From Eledone cirrhosa (Eukaryota), in contig OZ024756.1 in NCBI GenBank assembly GCA_964016885.1, positions 20,522,001 through 20,586,000 on the forward strand: a stretch of DNA of 64,000 nucleotides, given 5' to 3'. The notes below the pieces were generated by a model. That model was given only the letters and a program-made list of their open reading frames with translations, was not told where the DNA came from and did not search any database. Below are positions 61,720 to 64,000 of the stretch, one piece after another (within the stretch, counting starts at the first letter, position 1; each line of letters starts with the position of its first letter). The translations under genes and the position numbers were made by a program.

Positions 61720-61934
61720 TATATGTATAGAGAGAGAGGGGGGAAGAGGAGAGAGGACAATACATACATATATAGATTTACACATGTATGTACATGTGTA
61801 TAGGTGCATGTGTGTGCATATATGTATGTGTGTGTATATAAATACATATATATATATGTATGTATGTATAGGTGTGTGTGTGTGTGCACACGTTTATAGA
61901 AGTTTAGGTGTTTGTGTGTGTGTATGTGTACATG

Positions 61935-61965
<31 letters not shown>

Positions 61966-62074
61966 ATAGGTATGTGTGTGTGTACATGTATATAGATGTA
62001 TAGCTGTGTGTGTGTACATGTATATAGATGTATAGCTGTGTGTGTGTACATGTATATAGATGTATAGGTGTGTG

Positions 62075-62143
<69 letters not shown>

Positions 62144-62228
62144 ATAGGTATGTGTGTGTGTACATGTATATAGATGTATAGCTGTGTGTGTGTACATGTA
62201 TATAGATGTATAGGTGTGTGTGTATGTG

Positions 62229-62271
<43 letters not shown>

Positions 62272-62405
62272 GTGTGTGTGTGTGTGTGTGTATAGGTATG
62301 TGTGTGTGTACATGTATATAGATGTATAGCTGTGTGTGTGTACATGTATATAGATGTATAGGTGTGTGTGTATGTGTACATGTATATATAGATGTATTTG
62401 TGTGT

Positions 62406-62453
<48 letters not shown>

Positions 62454-62985
62454 GTACAGTTGCATGTATGTGTATGCATACATGTATACATATGTAGACC
62501 AGTATATGTGTACATGTTTCTATCTGTGTATGCCTGTGTGTGTGTGTGTGTGTGTGACCTTTTGTGAATGTGTGGGTGTGTATTATATGTGTGCATGTTC
62601 ATTCATGTAAGAGTAATATGTGTGTGTTTTTACATGCTTGCAAGTATGTGCATGTGTGTGTGTGTGTGTTTTTACATGCTTGCAAGTATGTGCATGTGTG
62701 TGTGTGTGTGTGTGTGCGTTTTTACATGCTTGCAAGTATGTGCATGTGTGTGTGTGTTTTTACATGCTTGCAAGTATGTGCATGTGTGTGTGTGTGTGTT
62801 TTACATGCTTGCAAGTATGTGCATGCATGTGTGTGTTTTTACATGCTTGCAAGTATGTGCATGTGTGTGTGTTTTTACATGCTTGCAAGTATGTGCATGT
62901 GTGTGTGTGAGTGTGTTTTTACATGCTTGCAAGTATGTGCATGTGTGTGTGTGTGTGTGTGTTTTTACATGCTTGCAAGTATGTA
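60880..62985. repeat. Compound microsatellites and minisatellites, including ttttacatgcttgcaagtatgtgcat(gt)n x9 at 62620-62985
   Basis: Direct inspection. Confidence 0.9.
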
Positions 62986-63184
62986 TCAATTGGTGTATGT
63001 TTGCATATGTGCTTTTTTGTTTATGCGTGTATGTTAATGCAACATGAAAGGAACTGAAAGGGTTAAATACATTTGTACAAGTGCATCAATGTATGTGTGC
63101 ATACATGTGTGTGCATTTGTCACTAAAATTATGTATATAAAGTTCTGCTTGTATATATGTGTTTATATATATATATATATATAT

Positions 63185-63413
63185 CACTGATGGGTGAAGA
63201 AGTGCCAGGAAATGCCAGTTGAAGGAAGACGTGGTAGAGGTAGACCACGAAAAACATGGGCGGAGGTGGTGAGAACAGACCTCAGATCATTGAAGCTCAC
63301 GGTGGAGATGACGAAGGACCGTGACGAGTGGAGAGATGCTGTGCTGAATAAGACCCATCCCACCCTTGCAAGCAGGGAAAAGCGGACTAAAATGATGATG
63401 ATGATGATGATGA
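63185..63413 (+). mobile_element. RTE LINE 3' end with (gat)n tail, inserted in (TA)n
   Basis: VKKCQEMPVEGRRGRGRPRKTWAEVVRTDL...DRDEWR; open frame runs into the tail. Confidence 0.9.
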
Positions 63414-63450
63414 TATATATATATATATAAATAAACACATATATACAAGG

Positions 63451-63700
63451 AGTTTTCTTCGGACTTACTGAACCTTTTATATATATATATATAAAAGGTT
63501 CAGTAAGTCCGAAGAAAACTGTTTGGTAACTCCGGAGAAAGCTGGTGAGAGTATCAATGTCAGCACTCAATGCAGAGCAGAGTGTGTATGATAAGAACAA
63601 AGTAGAGGTGTTACATATGAGATTTATTGCTCAACCCAGTTACAAATGTTTCCCCAGGCAGCCGGCTCGTGATCTGGGGTCATCATCCCAGACCAGACTC
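63451..63700 (-). mobile_element. PLE-terminal-like module with decayed HHR and a perfect 70-bp terminal palindrome
   Basis: ATGATGA c cccag..ctggg GAAA ca tt tg TA, aataaa, actctgctctgcattgagtg; arms 63451-63478 / 63493-63520. Confidence 0.5.
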
Positions 63701-64000
63701 CAAGCCTGCCTGATCCTCAGACCAGTGTTAACACAACAAAAATCACATCAAATCTGAAGACGAACCAGCCAGACGCAAACAAGTCTATAGAATGTCCAAT
63801 CACGGGCTTAGAATCCAACGGACACACATATCCTGAGTATTACAAGAAAATAACCGTTATATATATATATATATATAGTGTTTTTGAAGAAGACGGCCTA
63901 TTGAACAGGGATTTTGAGACTATAATAGGCAGTAACTTAACCACTGCCATGCTAGTCGTTACATTGATCTCCACCAATCAATCGACCCTTTGAAACGACC

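Noticed and set aside
62620-62985. CRISPR-like constant palindromic repeat with variable spacers (also 2510-3245 and 18740-19615)
   Set aside because: Spacers are microsatellite or absent, there are no cas genes, and the context is eukaryotic

Overview
Repeat-saturated eukaryotic DNA, intronic or intergenic. The SINE/RTE/MITE/microsatellite landscape looks like an octopod cephalopod (inference from recalled repeat families, not a search). There is no intact multi-exon gene; the long ORFs are micro/minisatellite artefacts or LINE remnants. One or two short minus-strand exon candidates lie near 8.5-8.9 kb. Supportable content: many tRNA-headed SINEs; 3' fragments of RTE- and CR1-type LINEs; decayed Penelope-like elements (PLEs, one GIY-YIG remnant); hAT-, piggyBac- and Tc1/mariner-type MITEs; a Helitron-like end; many tandem arrays, several built from TE fragments. 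The most striking signal is a set of short non-coding modules with hammerhead-ribozyme (HHR) cores, several ending at (TA)n tracts and often arranged as fold-back palindromes. The best example (21395-21523) has an HHR fold on both strands. Coordinates were counted by eye and may be off by a few bases.
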